From: an uncultured Rivularia sp.
GTDB lineage: Bacteria > Cyanobacteriota > Cyanobacteriia > Cyanobacteriales > Nostocaceae
Length of the DNA stretch: 64,000 bases
Assembly: GCA_963665115.1 (NCBI GenBank)
Contig: OY762007.1
Location: 384,001-448,000, forward strand
Direction: 5' to 3'
Shown here one piece after another: positions 19,599 through 30,846 of this stretch. The translations under genes were made by a program, and so were the position numbers. The notes under the pieces are model-generated. The model saw only the letters and a list, made by a program, of their open reading frames with translations, was not told the origin of the DNA and did not search any database. Each line of letters starts with the position of its first letter. Within the stretch, counting starts at the first letter, position 1.

Positions 19599-21533
19599 TC
19601 ACTCCTCCCTACTCACTGCCAGCTGTTCGCTGTTAACGGTTTCTTCAAAAATTTCTAAGTCAAACCAAAATGTCGTTCCAATTCCTACTTCACTTACTAA
19701 ACATACTTGAGTGTGATGTTTGTCTTCAAGAATGTTTCTGACGATTGATAATCCTAAACCAGTTCCTTCCAGGGTATGGACGCGGTTTTCAACGCGGAAA
19801 AAGCGGTCGAAAATAGCTTGCTGATCTTCATGAGGAATACCAATTCCTGTATCGCCAATTTCTACGCGCACGCGAGATATTGAGAGATTTAAAAGTGGCT
19901 GGGGTTGGAGTTCGTATGCCCGGAGTGCTACTTTTCCACCGGCTTTACTAAACTTGAGTGCATTACCAATTAAGTTTGCTAATACTTGCAGCAATAAATC
20001 GTAATGTCCTCTTACTAAAGGCAAGTTTGGACCTATATCTTGAATTAATTCAATACCTTTATCTCTAGCATTTAATTGATAAGTACGTAGAGTTTGTTCG
20101 ATGGCTTGACTTAAATCAACTCCATCCATGCTGTAGCTGCGTCCGGATTCCAATTTTGATAAATCTAATACATCGTTAACTAAACGTGCAAGTCTATCTG
20201 TTTCATTATTAACTGTTTGTAAAAACTCCTTTCGCTGTTCTATATCCAATTCTTCGCCGAATTCGTGTAGGGTTTCAATAAAAGATTTGATATTAAATAA
20301 AGGCGTTCGTAATTCGTGGGAAACGTTACTAATAAATTGACTTTTCGCTTCATTAAGTTCTACTTCGCGAGTAATATCTTGGATGGTTATTGCAATGCCC
20401 TTGATACTTTCTCGCTGCTGATTTATAACTGTAGTTAAAAGAATGCGGATAGTTCTTTTAATCGGTTCATTGATAGTAATGCGGAACTCGGCGCGTTCTA
20501 AGTCTCCGGCCGTCATTTTGTGCAAATAACGATTAATTTCTATCTGCATCTGTGAAGGTAAATAGTTCAATACGCTATTACCAACTACCTCAGCTTCTTC
20601 CCAACCAAAAATTGCTTTCGCGGTCGGGTTGGCTAATATTACCTGCATTTCGTTGTCAATCAACACCGCACCATCAGCAATAGTGGAAACCAAAGTTTCT
20701 AACTTAGCTTTTTCTGCTGTTAATTCCTCTATATTTTGTTCTTCATAACCTTCTAAGCGCTCGCCCATTTCATTGAAGCTAGAAATTAATTCTTTGAGTT
20801 CTCCGGAAAACTCTAGCTCGATTCGCTGCTTAAAATTCCCCGCAGCAATTTGTTTGACTCCTGCCAACAACTCTTTTATGGGCTTAGTAATAGTCAAAGC
20901 ATTAATTACTCCTCCCAAAATTACCATTACCCAAATCGAGATAAACACCGCAATTGTCACATCGCGGGTAAAGTTGGTAGAAATAACAGCGGTTTGATTG
21001 GGGTTAATACCAACCGCTAAAATGCCCAAATCTTTACCATTCGCTCTCAAAGGGACAAAAACGTCGGTAACTTCCCCATCCGGTGAAGAATGGTGACGCA
21101 CCATAGGTTTTTCCACATTAGCGGCATAATCTTCTGGAAGCTGAATCTTGCGTTCGATAGTCAGTGAATTTTCGACTTCTGGTTCCCAGAAAGGAATACC
21201 AAAAAATATTTTTCCAGTTTCATCAGCATAAAGCATATAGCGAACGCTAGAAGTTGTGCTATAAAAGCGTTGAGAAAACTGTGCTATCTCAGTGTAATTA
21301 TTCTCAGCCAAAAACGGAGAAACATTCGCAGCCAGCAGCAAACCTAAATCTCGTCCAAAACGAGTGTCGTTTACACGTGCATCCTGCTGAATAGTATTTA
21401 CCGCCCAAAACGTCAAACCGCTCATCACCAAAGATACAACCAAAGTGACAGCCGCCAACAGCCTTGTTTGAAGATTAAAATCTGACCACCAATGGGCGAT
21501 CGCTTCTCTAATTGTTTTAAAAATAGCTCGCAT
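19599..21533 (-). CDS. nblS: Sensor histidine kinase NblS/Hik33 (TM, HAMP, PAS, HisKA, HATPase)
   Basis: LTFWAVNTIQQDARVNDTRFGRDLGLLL; SHELRTPLFNIKSFIETL; RVENRVHTLEGTGLGL; adjacent to purD. Confidence 0.93.
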   Translation of the reverse strand: MRAIFKTIREAIAHWWSDFNLQTRLLAAVTLVVSLVMSGLTFWAVNTIQQDARVNDTRFGRDLGLLLAANVSPFLAENNYTEIAQFSQRFYSTTSSVRYMLYADETGKIFFGIPFWEPEVENSLTIERKIQLPEDYAANVEKPMVRHHSSPDGEVTDVFVPLRANGKDLGILAVGINPNQTAVISTNFTRDVTIAVFISIWVMVILGGVINALTITKPIKELLAGVKQIAAGNFKQRIELEFSGELKELISSFNEMGERLEGYEEQNIEELTAEKAKLETLVSTIADGAVLIDNEMQVILANPTAKAIFGWEEAEVVGNSVLNYLPSQMQIEINRYLHKMTAGDLERAEFRITINEPIKRTIRILLTTVINQQRESIKGIAITIQDITREVELNEAKSQFISNVSHELRTPLFNIKSFIETLHEFGEELDIEQRKEFLQTVNNETDRLARLVNDVLDLSKLESGRSYSMDGVDLSQAIEQTLRTYQLNARDKGIELIQDIGPNLPLVRGHYDLLLQVLANLIGNALKFSKAGGKVALRAYELQPQPLLNLSISRVRVEIGDTGIGIPHEDQQAIFDRFFRVENRVHTLEGTGLGLSIVRNILEDKHHTQVCLVSEVGIGTTFWFDLEIFEETVNSEQLAVSREE

Positions 21534-21619
21534 CTCAAATACAAGTTGTTAGTAGTTTTTATGAAGACAGCCCCAACAACTAAAAGTTAACAGCTAAGTT
21601 GACAAACAGTGAAGAAAGT

Positions 21620-21750
21620 TGGGAATTGGGGATTGGGAATTGGGGATTGGGAATTGGGGATTGGGAATTGGGAGACAAGGGGACAAGGGGAAGAATTCTT
21701 AATTTACTACTCACTACTCGCTACTCGCTACTTACTACTCTCTCCTAACT
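21620..21750. repeat. STRR heptamer arrays (GGGAATT/GGGGATT)n and (CTACTCG/A)n
   Basis: Directly visible tandem repeats. Confidence 0.85.
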
Positions 21751-23016
21751 CCTGACTCGATACCCAATATCCCTTCGATAGTACATTTGATCGAAGTTGA
21801 TTTTTTCAATACCACCGTATGCTAATCGTAATGCTTGCTCGAAGTTTTCTCCGACTCCTGTTACGTTTAAAACCCTACCTCCATCTGTAATTAACTGTTG
21901 ATTTAACTGCGTTCCGGCGTGAAATACGGTTGCTCCTGCGGCTTCGGCTTCGGCAATGCCTGTAATAACTTTACCTTTTTCATAAGCTCGGGGATATCCC
22001 CCAGAAGCAGCAACTACTGTCGCGGCGGCTCCTTGTTTCCATTTTATGGGTGGCATTTGCTCTAGACGCTGCTCGATGCAGGCAAGCATTAATTCTTCTA
22101 AAGGCGTTTCTAATAATGGTAATATTACTTGGGTTTCTGGGTCGCCAAAACGACAGTTAAATTCTAAAACTTTGAATTCACCTGTTGAAGTGACCATTAA
22201 TCCGGCATAAAGTACGCCTCGATAATCAATTTTCTTTGCTTTTAAAACATTTATAGTTCGATCTAAAACTTGTTTTTGAACTCGTTCCATTAAATTAACG
22301 GTAGCTATGGGTGTTGGTGCATAGGCTCCCATTCCGCCTGTATTCTCTCCCGTATCTCCTTCACCAATGCGTTTGTGATCTTGGGCTGGCAATAAAGGTC
22401 TTATAGTTAAACCATCCGTCAAAGCTAAAACGGATACTTCCTGCCCGGTTAAACATTCTTCAACAACTACAAATTCCCCAGCGTTACCAAACTGACCGTC
22501 AAAGATTGCTTCAACTGCCTCTACGGCTTGGTTTAAGCTGGTTGCAACGGTGACACCCTTACCGGCGGCCAAACCGTCAGCTTTGATGACAATTGGCACC
22601 CCGTGTTCTTTGATATAGCTTTTCGCGGGTGCTGCTTTATTGAATACCACACTATTAGCTGTGGGAATATTCGCTTCTTGCATGATACTTTTTGCCCATG
22701 CTTTGCTAGCTTCGATCTGCGCTCCCGCTTTGGTTGGGCCAAAAACTGTTAAACCAATTGAATGCAGATAATCGGTAATTCCTTTTGCTAAAGGTACTTC
22801 TGGCCCTATAACCACAAGGTTGATTTGTGCTTTTAAAGCAAAATTACTGATGCCTTCAAAGTCATCAACTTTCAAAGAAACATTTTCACAGTTGTCCAAA
22901 CTAGCCGTACCGCCATTTCCCGGCACGCAGACAACCTGCTCAACTTGACTTGATTGAAGAAACTTCCAAGCCAGAGCGTGTTCTCTTCCTCCACTACCTA
23001 CAACTAAAATTTTCAC
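21745..23016 (-). CDS. purD: Phosphoribosylamine-glycine ligase
   Basis: [57 protein letters not shown]. Confidence 0.97.
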   Translation of the reverse strand: MKILVVGSGGREHALAWKFLQSSQVEQVVCVPGNGGTASLDNCENVSLKVDDFEGISNFALKAQINLVVIGPEVPLAKGITDYLHSIGLTVFGPTKAGAQIEASKAWAKSIMQEANIPTANSVVFNKAAPAKSYIKEHGVPIVIKADGLAAGKGVTVATSLNQAVEAVEAIFDGQFGNAGEFVVVEECLTGQEVSVLALTDGLTIRPLLPAQDHKRIGEGDTGENTGGMGAYAPTPIATVNLMERVQKQVLDRTINVLKAKKIDYRGVLYAGLMVTSTGEFKVLEFNCRFGDPETQVILPLLETPLEELMLACIEQRLEQMPPIKWKQGAAATVVAASGGYPRAYEKGKVITGIAEAEAAGATVFHAGTQLNQQLITDGGRVLNVTGVGENFEQALRLAYGGIEKINFDQMYYRRDIGYRVRS

Positions 23017-23396
23017 TGATTATCCTCGAATTCACCTTGATGATGCGCTTTATTTTTTCACCAATTTTAATACTTATCCTGACTTAACGATAGGAATTAA
23101 CAGTTATCAGTTACCAGTAATCAATTAATATTCTTCCTTCTCTCCAATTTACTGTTGGGTTTTGGTTAAAAAAACATCAGAATTTATACTGTATTCTTCT
23201 CATAAGTTAACTCTGAATATTCGTATAATTATGGATAGAAAACTAATTTTTATTAGATATAAATACGGAACTTTTAAAAATATTTGTGGATCGGTTAGAA
23301 TGTGCTTAAAAAAGTTTGAAAACTAGTGGCAACTACCTGTCTATACGGATTAACCTGTGAATATTGAGTTAAGAAAATATCTAAATATCTAGAGAC

Positions 23397-24344
23397 ATGA
23401 CTAAAAATATCGTTACTGGCGCGGCAGGTTTTATAGGTTCGCATTTAGCAGAAACATTGTTAAAAAAAGGAGAAGAAGTAATTGGCATAGATGAATTCAA
23501 TGACTATTACGATCCTTTCTTTAAAAATAAAAATGTTACATTCTTAAAAAGCTATGACAACTTTAAGTTAATTGAAGCAGATATTCAGTTTTTAGACTGG
23601 AACTCTTTGTTACAGGATGTTGACGTAGTTTACCATCAGGCAGCGCAAGCAGGGGTAAGGGCTAGCTGGGGGCAAGGTTTCCGTTTTTATACGGAGCGCA
23701 ATATTAGCGCAACTCAAGTTTTGTTGGAAGCAGCAAAAGATGCGAAAAATTTAAAAAGGTTGGTTTATGCTTCCACATCAAGCGTTTATGGTGATGCGGA
23801 AACTTTACCTACCAGCGAATTAGTTTGTCCCAAACCAGTTTCACCCTATGGAATTACTAAGTTAGCTGCGGAAAGATTGTGCGGGCTTTATCACAAAAAC
23901 TTTGGCGTACCTTTCGTAGCCTTACGTTATTTTACAGTTTATGGGCCTCGTCAGCGTCCCGATATGGCTTTTCACAAATTTTATAAGGCTGTAATTGAAG
24001 ATGAAGCGATTCCCGTTTATGGTGATGGATTGCAAACCAGAGATTTTACCTTTGTCAGCGATGCGGTTGCGGCGAATTTAGCTGCTGCGACTGTAGATGA
24101 TGCAGTTGGAGAAATTTTTAATATTGGTGGTGGTAGCAGAGTCGTTTTAAAAGAAGTCTTGGAAACAATCGAAGAAATTGTTGGTAAACCCATCAAGAGA
24201 AACCATATTGAAAAAGCGATGGGAGATGCTCGTCACACTGCTGCGGATGTGAGTAAAGCTAAAAAGATTTTGGGTTATCAGCCACAGGTTAGTTTAAAAG
24301 AAGGTTTAACTAGAGAATGGGAATGGGTGAAAGGGATGTATTAA
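23397..24344 (+). CDS. NAD-dependent epimerase/dehydratase (UDP-glucuronate 4-epimerase-like)
   Basis: TGAAGFIGS; AAQAGVR; YGITK; RYFTVYGPRQRPDMAF. Confidence 0.9.
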   Translation: MTKNIVTGAAGFIGSHLAETLLKKGEEVIGIDEFNDYYDPFFKNKNVTFLKSYDNFKLIEADIQFLDWNSLLQDVDVVYHQAAQAGVRASWGQGFRFYTERNISATQVLLEAAKDAKNLKRLVYASTSSVYGDAETLPTSELVCPKPVSPYGITKLAAERLCGLYHKNFGVPFVALRYFTVYGPRQRPDMAFHKFYKAVIEDEAIPVYGDGLQTRDFTFVSDAVAANLAAATVDDAVGEIFNIGGGSRVVLKEVLETIEEIVGKPIKRNHIEKAMGDARHTAADVSKAKKILGYQPQVSLKEGLTREWEWVKGMY

Positions 24345-24369
24345 ATTTCTTTTACCTTTAAATAAAAAT

Positions 24370-24396
24370 GTAAAGACGTAGCAATGCTACGTCTTT
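24370..24396. repeat. REP-like palindrome
   Basis: AAAGACGTAGCAATGCTACGTCTTT. Confidence 0.8.
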
Positions 24397-24484
24397 TTGT
24401 ATTTTGGGTTTTAACGATAATCATACTACCGCGTTATGCTCGCACGCTTTGCGCGAATGCAAGGTTTTGTAAACATACAAATAG

Positions 24485-24766
24485 CTATGTAAATTCGGGA
24501 AGTTCACCATCATATTCCAACTCTATAATAAATGTAATAAAATCACCATTCCCTAACTGAGTAGTTAACTCGAAAGAAGTAGTCTTCGTCGCTTGTAGTT
24601 CATCAGATTCATTCCCAAATAGCTCATTATCTGATATGCAAAAATTCGCTTCCAAATTTTCAATTCCATTGATAGTATTTATATGACCTATCCGATTTAT
24701 TTCAATAGATTCAAAAATAGTTTTTTGTTCTATAATTTTTTTCAGAAACTCTTGATTGGAAGTCAT
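24485..24766 (-). CDS. Hypothetical acidic protein (93 aa)
   Basis: ATG preceded by GGAG on the minus strand; no recognisable motif. Confidence 0.5.
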   Translation of the reverse strand: MTSNQEFLKKIIEQKTIFESIEINRIGHINTINGIENLEANFCISDNELFGNESDELQATKTTSFELTTQLGNGDFITFIIELEYDGELPEFT

Positions 24767-24926
24767 TGCAATAATTCTCCAATATTTTATTTTTTGCTAT
24801 CCTTATTACAGTTATGGGTAGTAAGTAAATATAATTATGCAAAAAACAATATTATTTAGAAAAAAATAACTTCTCCTGTCTATGTGGTTAAGATAAATTC
24901 GGCCGATCTTCCTTCCATAAATTCAA

Positions 24927-24951
24927 AGACGTAGCACTGCTACGTCTCTAC
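24927..24951. repeat. REP-like palindrome
   Basis: AGACGTAGCACTGCTACGTCTCTAC. Confidence 0.8.
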
Positions 24952-24966
24952 ACAATAGTCATAAAT

Positions 24967-27807
24967 TTAATTTGTATTATCCCCATTCACAACTTGCTTC
25001 AATGTCTGCAATAGTTCATGCTCGTTGTAAGGTTTGGTTAAATACACTGCTGCTCCTAACTGTATGGCTAGCTGACGATATTTCTCGGTGGTGCGCGAGC
25101 TTAGCATGACAACCGGAATATTTTGCAGATTCTCTTGAGATTTAAGACGAATCAGGAAGTTGTAACCGTCGAGACGCGGCATTTCGATGTCACAAATTAT
25201 GCTTTCTACCTGTAAGCCGCTTTGTAGTTGGAAAAGTGCGTCTTGTCCGTCTTTTGCTTGTTCTACAAAGTATCCGGCTCTTTCTAAGGTAAGTGCTAAA
25301 AAGCGGCGCACGTTTACCGAATCATCTACTATTAGTATACAATTTTTCCGGCTTTTTGGTGATAGGAATGAGGTAGAAGATAAAGGTTGGGAAGTTAGAT
25401 TTAAGGTATCTTTTTTAGCAATTAAATTTAATATTTGTGCCGGACTGACCAAGGGAACTATGCGACCGTTATCTAAAACAGTACAGTTATTAAAGCCTTC
25501 TGGTAAAGGAATTTTGCCTTCTACCCTACGGATTGCTACTTCTTGTTCGTCCCAACAGCGGTCTGCTTTGATTGCTATTGATTTATTGCCTGTACTAATA
25601 ATTAATACAATTTTATCTTCTATTCTCGGTGGAACTTCTTGGACTGATGAAATGGAACGTATATTGTTGAAATGTAAGTAGTTACTAATATTAATTAACT
25701 CTACTAATGAACCTTGCCAGTTAATTAATTCGCCATTTTGTCCTGGTAAAATCTGCTGATTTTCTAATAAGCATATTTCTTGAATTGCGTCGGTGGGAAA
25801 TGCTAATGGTATGCCGTTGCTTTCTGCTAAAACGATTCTTGCTACCGAGAGGGTAAAAGGTACCGAGAGGGTAAAAGTAGTTCCTTTGCCAGGGATGGAA
25901 TCAACTGCTATTTCTCCGTTGATTAATTCGAGATTGTTACGTACCACATCCATACCCACACCACGCCCGGATAATGTGGTGACTTGTTCGGAGGTACTAA
26001 ATCCAGGTTCAAAAATCAGAGTTAATAAATCATCATCGCTAGCAGTGGCTAACATTTGAGCATCCAAACCCATTTCTTCGGCACGGGTGCGAATTTTTTC
26101 TACAGGTATTCCGTTGCCGTCGTCGCTGATGGTAATAATAGTGCGATCGCCTTTATGAACGGTTTTGATTTTGATTAGCCCCTGCTCTGATTTACCTGCT
26201 GCAATTCTGGTTTGATTGTCTTCGATTCCATGTGCGAAAGCGTTTCTCACAAGATGCATCAAGGGTTCGTTTAAGGCTTCTAATATACCTCGTTCCATCA
26301 AGCTATCTGCACCTTCGATTTCTAAGCGAACGTTTTTACCGTATTCTGCATTTAAATTCTGCAAAGCTCTGGGTAGACGCTCTAATATTTCGGAAAGCGG
26401 ACGCATCCTGACTTTTGTTAAAGAGTTTTGCAGTTTTCTTGATGTTCTATTAAGTAAGTGATTTACTTGTTCTGTATCTTCTAAATTAAGAGTAATGTCA
26501 CCTGTAATTTCTTGAATTTTAACTATATTTTCCATCACTGTTTGAGACAGTGTATGCAGTTCGCTATAGCGTTCTAATTCTAAAGCATCAAATTTATTAT
26601 TACTGCTTGAAATGTTTTCGGTGGGGTGCCATTCCCAGTTTTTTTGTACTTGATAATATTTTGGTTTTAAGGTAGACAACTGTAAAGAAAATTTTTCGTA
26701 AGACAAGCGTAATTCGTGGTTTTCGCGTTCGAGAGTTTTTAATCGGATCGAAAGATTACGAATTAATTTACTGATTCTTTCTAACTGCAATCTCACGGTA
26801 TTGCGTCCGATTGTTAATTCCCCAAATAAATCGTTGATTTGTTCGAGTTGTTTGCTGGGAACTCTTACGTATGGTTCTCTATTTTCTCTTTTACTTGCTG
26901 GAGTAAATTCTGGTGTTGTTTGGATAATTTCTTCTACATTTGGAGCAAAATTATTTACTAAATTCAACTCCGGATCGATGACTAGTTTTTGACAATCTTG
27001 ATTTTTTTTATTGTTGATTGTCGTGGGTAAATTATCTTGTTGATTTGCAAGCAGTAAAGTCTGGGTATTTCGCCACGATTGCAATCCTAATTCCGCAATT
27101 TCTTCAACTTCCGCATCAGAAACCGCAGTCGATAAACGTTGAATTATCGATTCGCAAAGTTGAACAAAAGCGGGTATTTGCAGCATTTCCCCCAAACCAC
27201 CCAACTGAGAAGACATCATGATAATTTCTTCCCGTAAAACAGAAGATTCTTTTTGTTTTAATAAAGACTCTAAACGTTGTAAATAGCCTTCGACTTCAGT
27301 TTTAAATAATAAAGATATAATTTCTTGGGGATTTTCTTCTGTAGCAAGAATACTCATCGCGTCTTCAGGAGCGGGTTCTCCTAAAATGGTGCGTAATTCT
27401 TCAAATACTGGATAGCAAAAAGTAGTTATCCATTGTTCATCAACATCATGACCTATTGAAATAGATTCTACAATTTGACGCAACCAGTCAATTGCAGATA
27501 GCAGTAAACTTTGTAACGAACTATCAACTTCTAAAGGCTTTTTACCAGTTTTTAAAACCTTGAAAGAATCTTCGAGCAGATGAGATAAATCGCTTAAAGG
27601 ATGAAACCCCATAATTGCCGCACCGCCTTTGATAGAATGAGCGGCTCTTAATGCAGCATTAATTCTTTGTAGATCGATTTTACGATTATTTTTAGCTTCA
27701 ACAATCACATTTTCTAGAGTATTAATATGCTCGGTAGCTTCCTCTAGAAACTGCATTTTTATCTCTAATTCTTTTTGTGAGGACATAGGGTGAGGCGGAT
27801 TGGACAT
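24967..27807 (-). CDS. cheA: CheA-like hybrid histidine kinase (Hpt, degenerate Hpt, HATPase, CheW, REC); PixL/TaxAY type
   Basis: RAAHSIKGGA; HLVRNAFAHGIE; SGRGVGMDVV; C-terminal LIVDDS...CDIEMPRLDG. Start may be 27786. Confidence 0.9.
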   Translation of the reverse strand: MSNPPHPMSSQKELEIKMQFLEEATEHINTLENVIVEAKNNRKIDLQRINAALRAAHSIKGGAAIMGFHPLSDLSHLLEDSFKVLKTGKKPLEVDSSLQSLLLSAIDWLRQIVESISIGHDVDEQWITTFCYPVFEELRTILGEPAPEDAMSILATEENPQEIISLLFKTEVEGYLQRLESLLKQKESSVLREEIIMMSSQLGGLGEMLQIPAFVQLCESIIQRLSTAVSDAEVEEIAELGLQSWRNTQTLLLANQQDNLPTTINNKKNQDCQKLVIDPELNLVNNFAPNVEEIIQTTPEFTPASKRENREPYVRVPSKQLEQINDLFGELTIGRNTVRLQLERISKLIRNLSIRLKTLERENHELRLSYEKFSLQLSTLKPKYYQVQKNWEWHPTENISSSNNKFDALELERYSELHTLSQTVMENIVKIQEITGDITLNLEDTEQVNHLLNRTSRKLQNSLTKVRMRPLSEILERLPRALQNLNAEYGKNVRLEIEGADSLMERGILEALNEPLMHLVRNAFAHGIEDNQTRIAAGKSEQGLIKIKTVHKGDRTIITISDDGNGIPVEKIRTRAEEMGLDAQMLATASDDDLLTLIFEPGFSTSEQVTTLSGRGVGMDVVRNNLELINGEIAVDSIPGKGTTFTLSVPFTLSVARIVLAESNGIPLAFPTDAIQEICLLENQQILPGQNGELINWQGSLVELINISNYLHFNNIRSISSVQEVPPRIEDKIVLIISTGNKSIAIKADRCWDEQEVAIRRVEGKIPLPEGFNNCTVLDNGRIVPLVSPAQILNLIAKKDTLNLTSQPLSSTSFLSPKSRKNCILIVDDSVNVRRFLALTLERAGYFVEQAKDGQDALFQLQSGLQVESIICDIEMPRLDGYNFLIRLKSQENLQNIPVVMLSSRTTEKYRQLAIQLGAAVYLTKPYNEHELLQTLKQVVNGDNTN

Positions 27808-28005
27808 TGGGCATGGGGGGTGGGGAGATGGGGTAGATGGGGAGATGGGGAGATGGGGAGAGGGGGGAGAGGGGGGAGAGGGGGTAGAGGGGGTAGATGG
27901 GGTAGATAATAATTAAGAACTTACTACTCCCTATTCACTACTCACTACTCCCTACTCCCTACTCACTACTCCCTACTCCCTACTCCCTACTTATTACTCC
28001 TAACT
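27808..28005. repeat. STRR-type arrays (GGGGAGAT/GGGGGAGAG)n and (CTACTCC)n
   Basis: Directly visible. Confidence 0.85.
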
Positions 28006-28013
28006 GTTCACTG

Positions 28014-30569
28014 TTAACTGACTTTAAAAGCGTCTACACTTGCGGCTAATTTATGGGAAATATCTACAGTTTTTTGTAATGATAGAGATATTTCTTGGGA
28101 GGAATTTTCGGTGTTTTCTGATATCTGGGCTATTTCTTTCATTAAACTGGTTACTTGTTTTGAAGTTTTTACTTGAATGACTGTGGCGGCGGAAATTGAT
28201 TCGATTAATCCATCAATTTGATGGCTAACATCCAAGATTTCGTTAAAGTTTTGTTTGGTATTTTCAATTAAACCAGTTTCTTCTACTACCTGGGTGATTC
28301 CTAATTCCATTGCTTTAACTACTTGGCTGGTTTCTCGCTGAATTCCGGCAACGATGTCTTCAATCTCTGCGGTTGCATCGCTGCTACGATTAGCTAAAGC
28401 TGCTACTTCTTCGGCTACTACTGCAAAACCTTGTCCTTGCTCTCCGGCTCGGGTGGCTTCGATTCCGGCGTTGATAGCAAGTAGGTTGGTTTGCATGGCG
28501 ATCTGATTTATCAATGACACTACGTGAGAAATTTTCTGCGAAGATTCCCCGAGTTGCTTGACTTTTTTTGCTGTATCGCCGATGGTTTCACGTAGATAAT
28601 GAATGTTTTCTACAGTTAAATCCATCGCTGCACTTCCTGATTCGGCGGTACGGAAGGCTTGACTGGCAACAGTTGCAGCTTTTCTGACACCCTTGGCTAT
28701 GGACTTAATCGAACTTCTCATCTCCTGTACTGAGTCTAATGTGCGATTTATTTCCAAAGCTTGCTCTTTAGCGTTAATGCTCAGTTTATTAACTGCACTT
28801 TCGTCATTTGCGATCGCGCTGTTAACTTCGGTAACTGTCAGCTTGACTTGAGTAACGATTTCGCCCAAGTTTTCGATGATGGAATTGAAAAAATCGGCTA
28901 CCGTACCAATTTCCCCGGAAGTAAATTCGGCACGTACAGTTAAGTCACCGCTATTTACCGCTTCAATATTTGCAATTAACTGAGCAATTTGCTGTTGCAA
29001 TACTTCTTTTTTATCAAGTTGCCCTTGAGAAAGCTGTTGGAGTTCAAAAACATTATTGACTCGTTGCAAAGCTTCTCGTACAATTCCAGCCGATTCATCA
29101 AATAACTGTATTTCCGATTGCTGCCAAAGATAATGCGAACAATGACAAGCGATTAAATAACCAAATAATTTATCGTCTTGTTTCAGAGGTACAATTAAAG
29201 TTGCTTTAATATTTAATGCTTCTAATTGTTTGACAACAGATTTTGGTAAACCTACTCTATTGATATCATTAATGGCAATAACACCGTCAACCTGTAATTC
29301 AGAAAAATCAAACTTTTTATCTAAAACTGAAGGTAAACCAATATTACCCGATTCCGCAATGAAGCTTCCCGTTTCAGTTGAATCAAATTTATAAATCAGC
29401 GCTTTTTCTACTTTCAAAGATTTGCGGATATTTTCAACCGCTAGATTACAAATCTCTTGATGGTTGATGGAATCAGATAAATTAATTGCCAGTTGTTGAA
29501 TAGCTGCCCGTTTTTCTGAAGTCGTTAACTGTTCTAAAGTTAATCCTAGTTGAATTGCTAGCTGTTTTAACAAATGGATTTCAAAGGCTTGCCAAAGATG
29601 TGGGTTCCAGCAGTGATGCGCTATCAGAAAACCGAATATTTTGTTATTTATGAAAATAGGTGTTAGTAAAATTGCTTTAATTTTCAAGCGCTTCATTAAT
29701 TCCAAATGTTCGCTGCTGAGTCCAGCTTCATCGATATTATTGATAGCTAAAACTTCAGATTGTTTGTAAAGTTCTGTAAGTTCTTTCGCCAAAGAAATAT
29801 CTTCTATCGTCTCTCCAAAAGTGATCGGTAAACCCGGAGCAATTTCTTCTGCGATAACTTGACCTTCACCATCCGAGTTACAATGATAAATAACTACTCG
29901 GTGCGCTCCTAAAGTTTGCCGGACTTCTTTTACAGTTCTATTGAACAAATCTTCACTATTCAGAGACTGAGAAATTGAAATAATCGTATCCGAAAGTAAT
30001 TTCGCTTGTTCGCTTTCAACTCTTTCTTGAAATAGTAATTCTTGTAATTGTTCGACAATTAAATTAACATTGCGACTCAAAATAGCAAACTCATCTTTAC
30101 CTTTGATGGGAATGCGGCTATTAAGATTACCATTCGCTAACTTTTTCACTGCTAAATTAGCAGCAGTAATTGGTAAAACCAAACGACGAGCAAGTGTTGC
30201 AGCGCTGATACCCGCAAGCAATGCAGCAGCTAAAGTACCCATTTGCAACATTAGTAATAACTGCTTCTGAGATGCTTCTACCTGCTGTGGTGTTTTAACA
30301 TCCGTGTCGCTAACTTCTGGGGTAATAATTTGATTGCCTAAATGATAAGATAATGCTGTAATACCTGCTGTGGGTAAACAGCACAAAGCAAGAGATAGCA
30401 TTACCGCTTTACCGCTTAAGTTGATGTTTCTCAACCGATTCATTCGTTTAATAAAAGCAGAATGCGATTGTCTTGGTTGATTTTTAATATTTTTAGGAAA
30501 ATTCGAGAATTCAGACTGCGAATGTCTGTTTTTTGTTTGGGTTTGATTTTTTTTCAAGTTATTCATCAT
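28014..30569 (-). CDS. Methyl-accepting chemotaxis protein with 2 TM, HAMP, two GAF domains, HAMP and MA domain (PixJ-like architecture)
   Basis: IAMQTNLLAINAGIEATRAGEQGQGFAVVAEEV; GAF motifs HRVVIY...GFLIAHHC...W and GYLIACHC...W. Confidence 0.9.
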   Translation of the reverse strand: MMNNLKKNQTQTKNRHSQSEFSNFPKNIKNQPRQSHSAFIKRMNRLRNINLSGKAVMLSLALCCLPTAGITALSYHLGNQIITPEVSDTDVKTPQQVEASQKQLLLMLQMGTLAAALLAGISAATLARRLVLPITAANLAVKKLANGNLNSRIPIKGKDEFAILSRNVNLIVEQLQELLFQERVESEQAKLLSDTIISISQSLNSEDLFNRTVKEVRQTLGAHRVVIYHCNSDGEGQVIAEEIAPGLPITFGETIEDISLAKELTELYKQSEVLAINNIDEAGLSSEHLELMKRLKIKAILLTPIFINNKIFGFLIAHHCWNPHLWQAFEIHLLKQLAIQLGLTLEQLTTSEKRAAIQQLAINLSDSINHQEICNLAVENIRKSLKVEKALIYKFDSTETGSFIAESGNIGLPSVLDKKFDFSELQVDGVIAINDINRVGLPKSVVKQLEALNIKATLIVPLKQDDKLFGYLIACHCSHYLWQQSEIQLFDESAGIVREALQRVNNVFELQQLSQGQLDKKEVLQQQIAQLIANIEAVNSGDLTVRAEFTSGEIGTVADFFNSIIENLGEIVTQVKLTVTEVNSAIANDESAVNKLSINAKEQALEINRTLDSVQEMRSSIKSIAKGVRKAATVASQAFRTAESGSAAMDLTVENIHYLRETIGDTAKKVKQLGESSQKISHVVSLINQIAMQTNLLAINAGIEATRAGEQGQGFAVVAEEVAALANRSSDATAEIEDIVAGIQRETSQVVKAMELGITQVVEETGLIENTKQNFNEILDVSHQIDGLIESISAATVIQVKTSKQVTSLMKEIAQISENTENSSQEISLSLQKTVDISHKLAASVDAFKVS

Positions 30570-30846
30570 TCAGCTATTCTCAAATCTTTTTGCGTGCTTG
30601 TATCTTATTCAGTTGTAAATATTGATGGAAATAGGGAACGGGGAATGGGGAACGGAATTAATAAACCTTTTAGTTATCGCCGTATATAGTATGCTAAAGA
30701 TATAGATCAAATTGTATTCCTTAGTATACAAAAATCGGATTTTGGATTTTATATTAACGGTTACTCCTCTCAACGTTTTAAGATTACCGATATAATTTCT
30801 TTTTTTTATACTTCCTACTCCCCGTTCCCCGTTCTCTTTTTTAAGC

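Noticed and set aside
25187..27221. Plus-strand ORFs inside cheA, and similar short antisense or alternate-frame ORFs within other long genes
   Set aside because: Shadow ORFs of well-supported genes.
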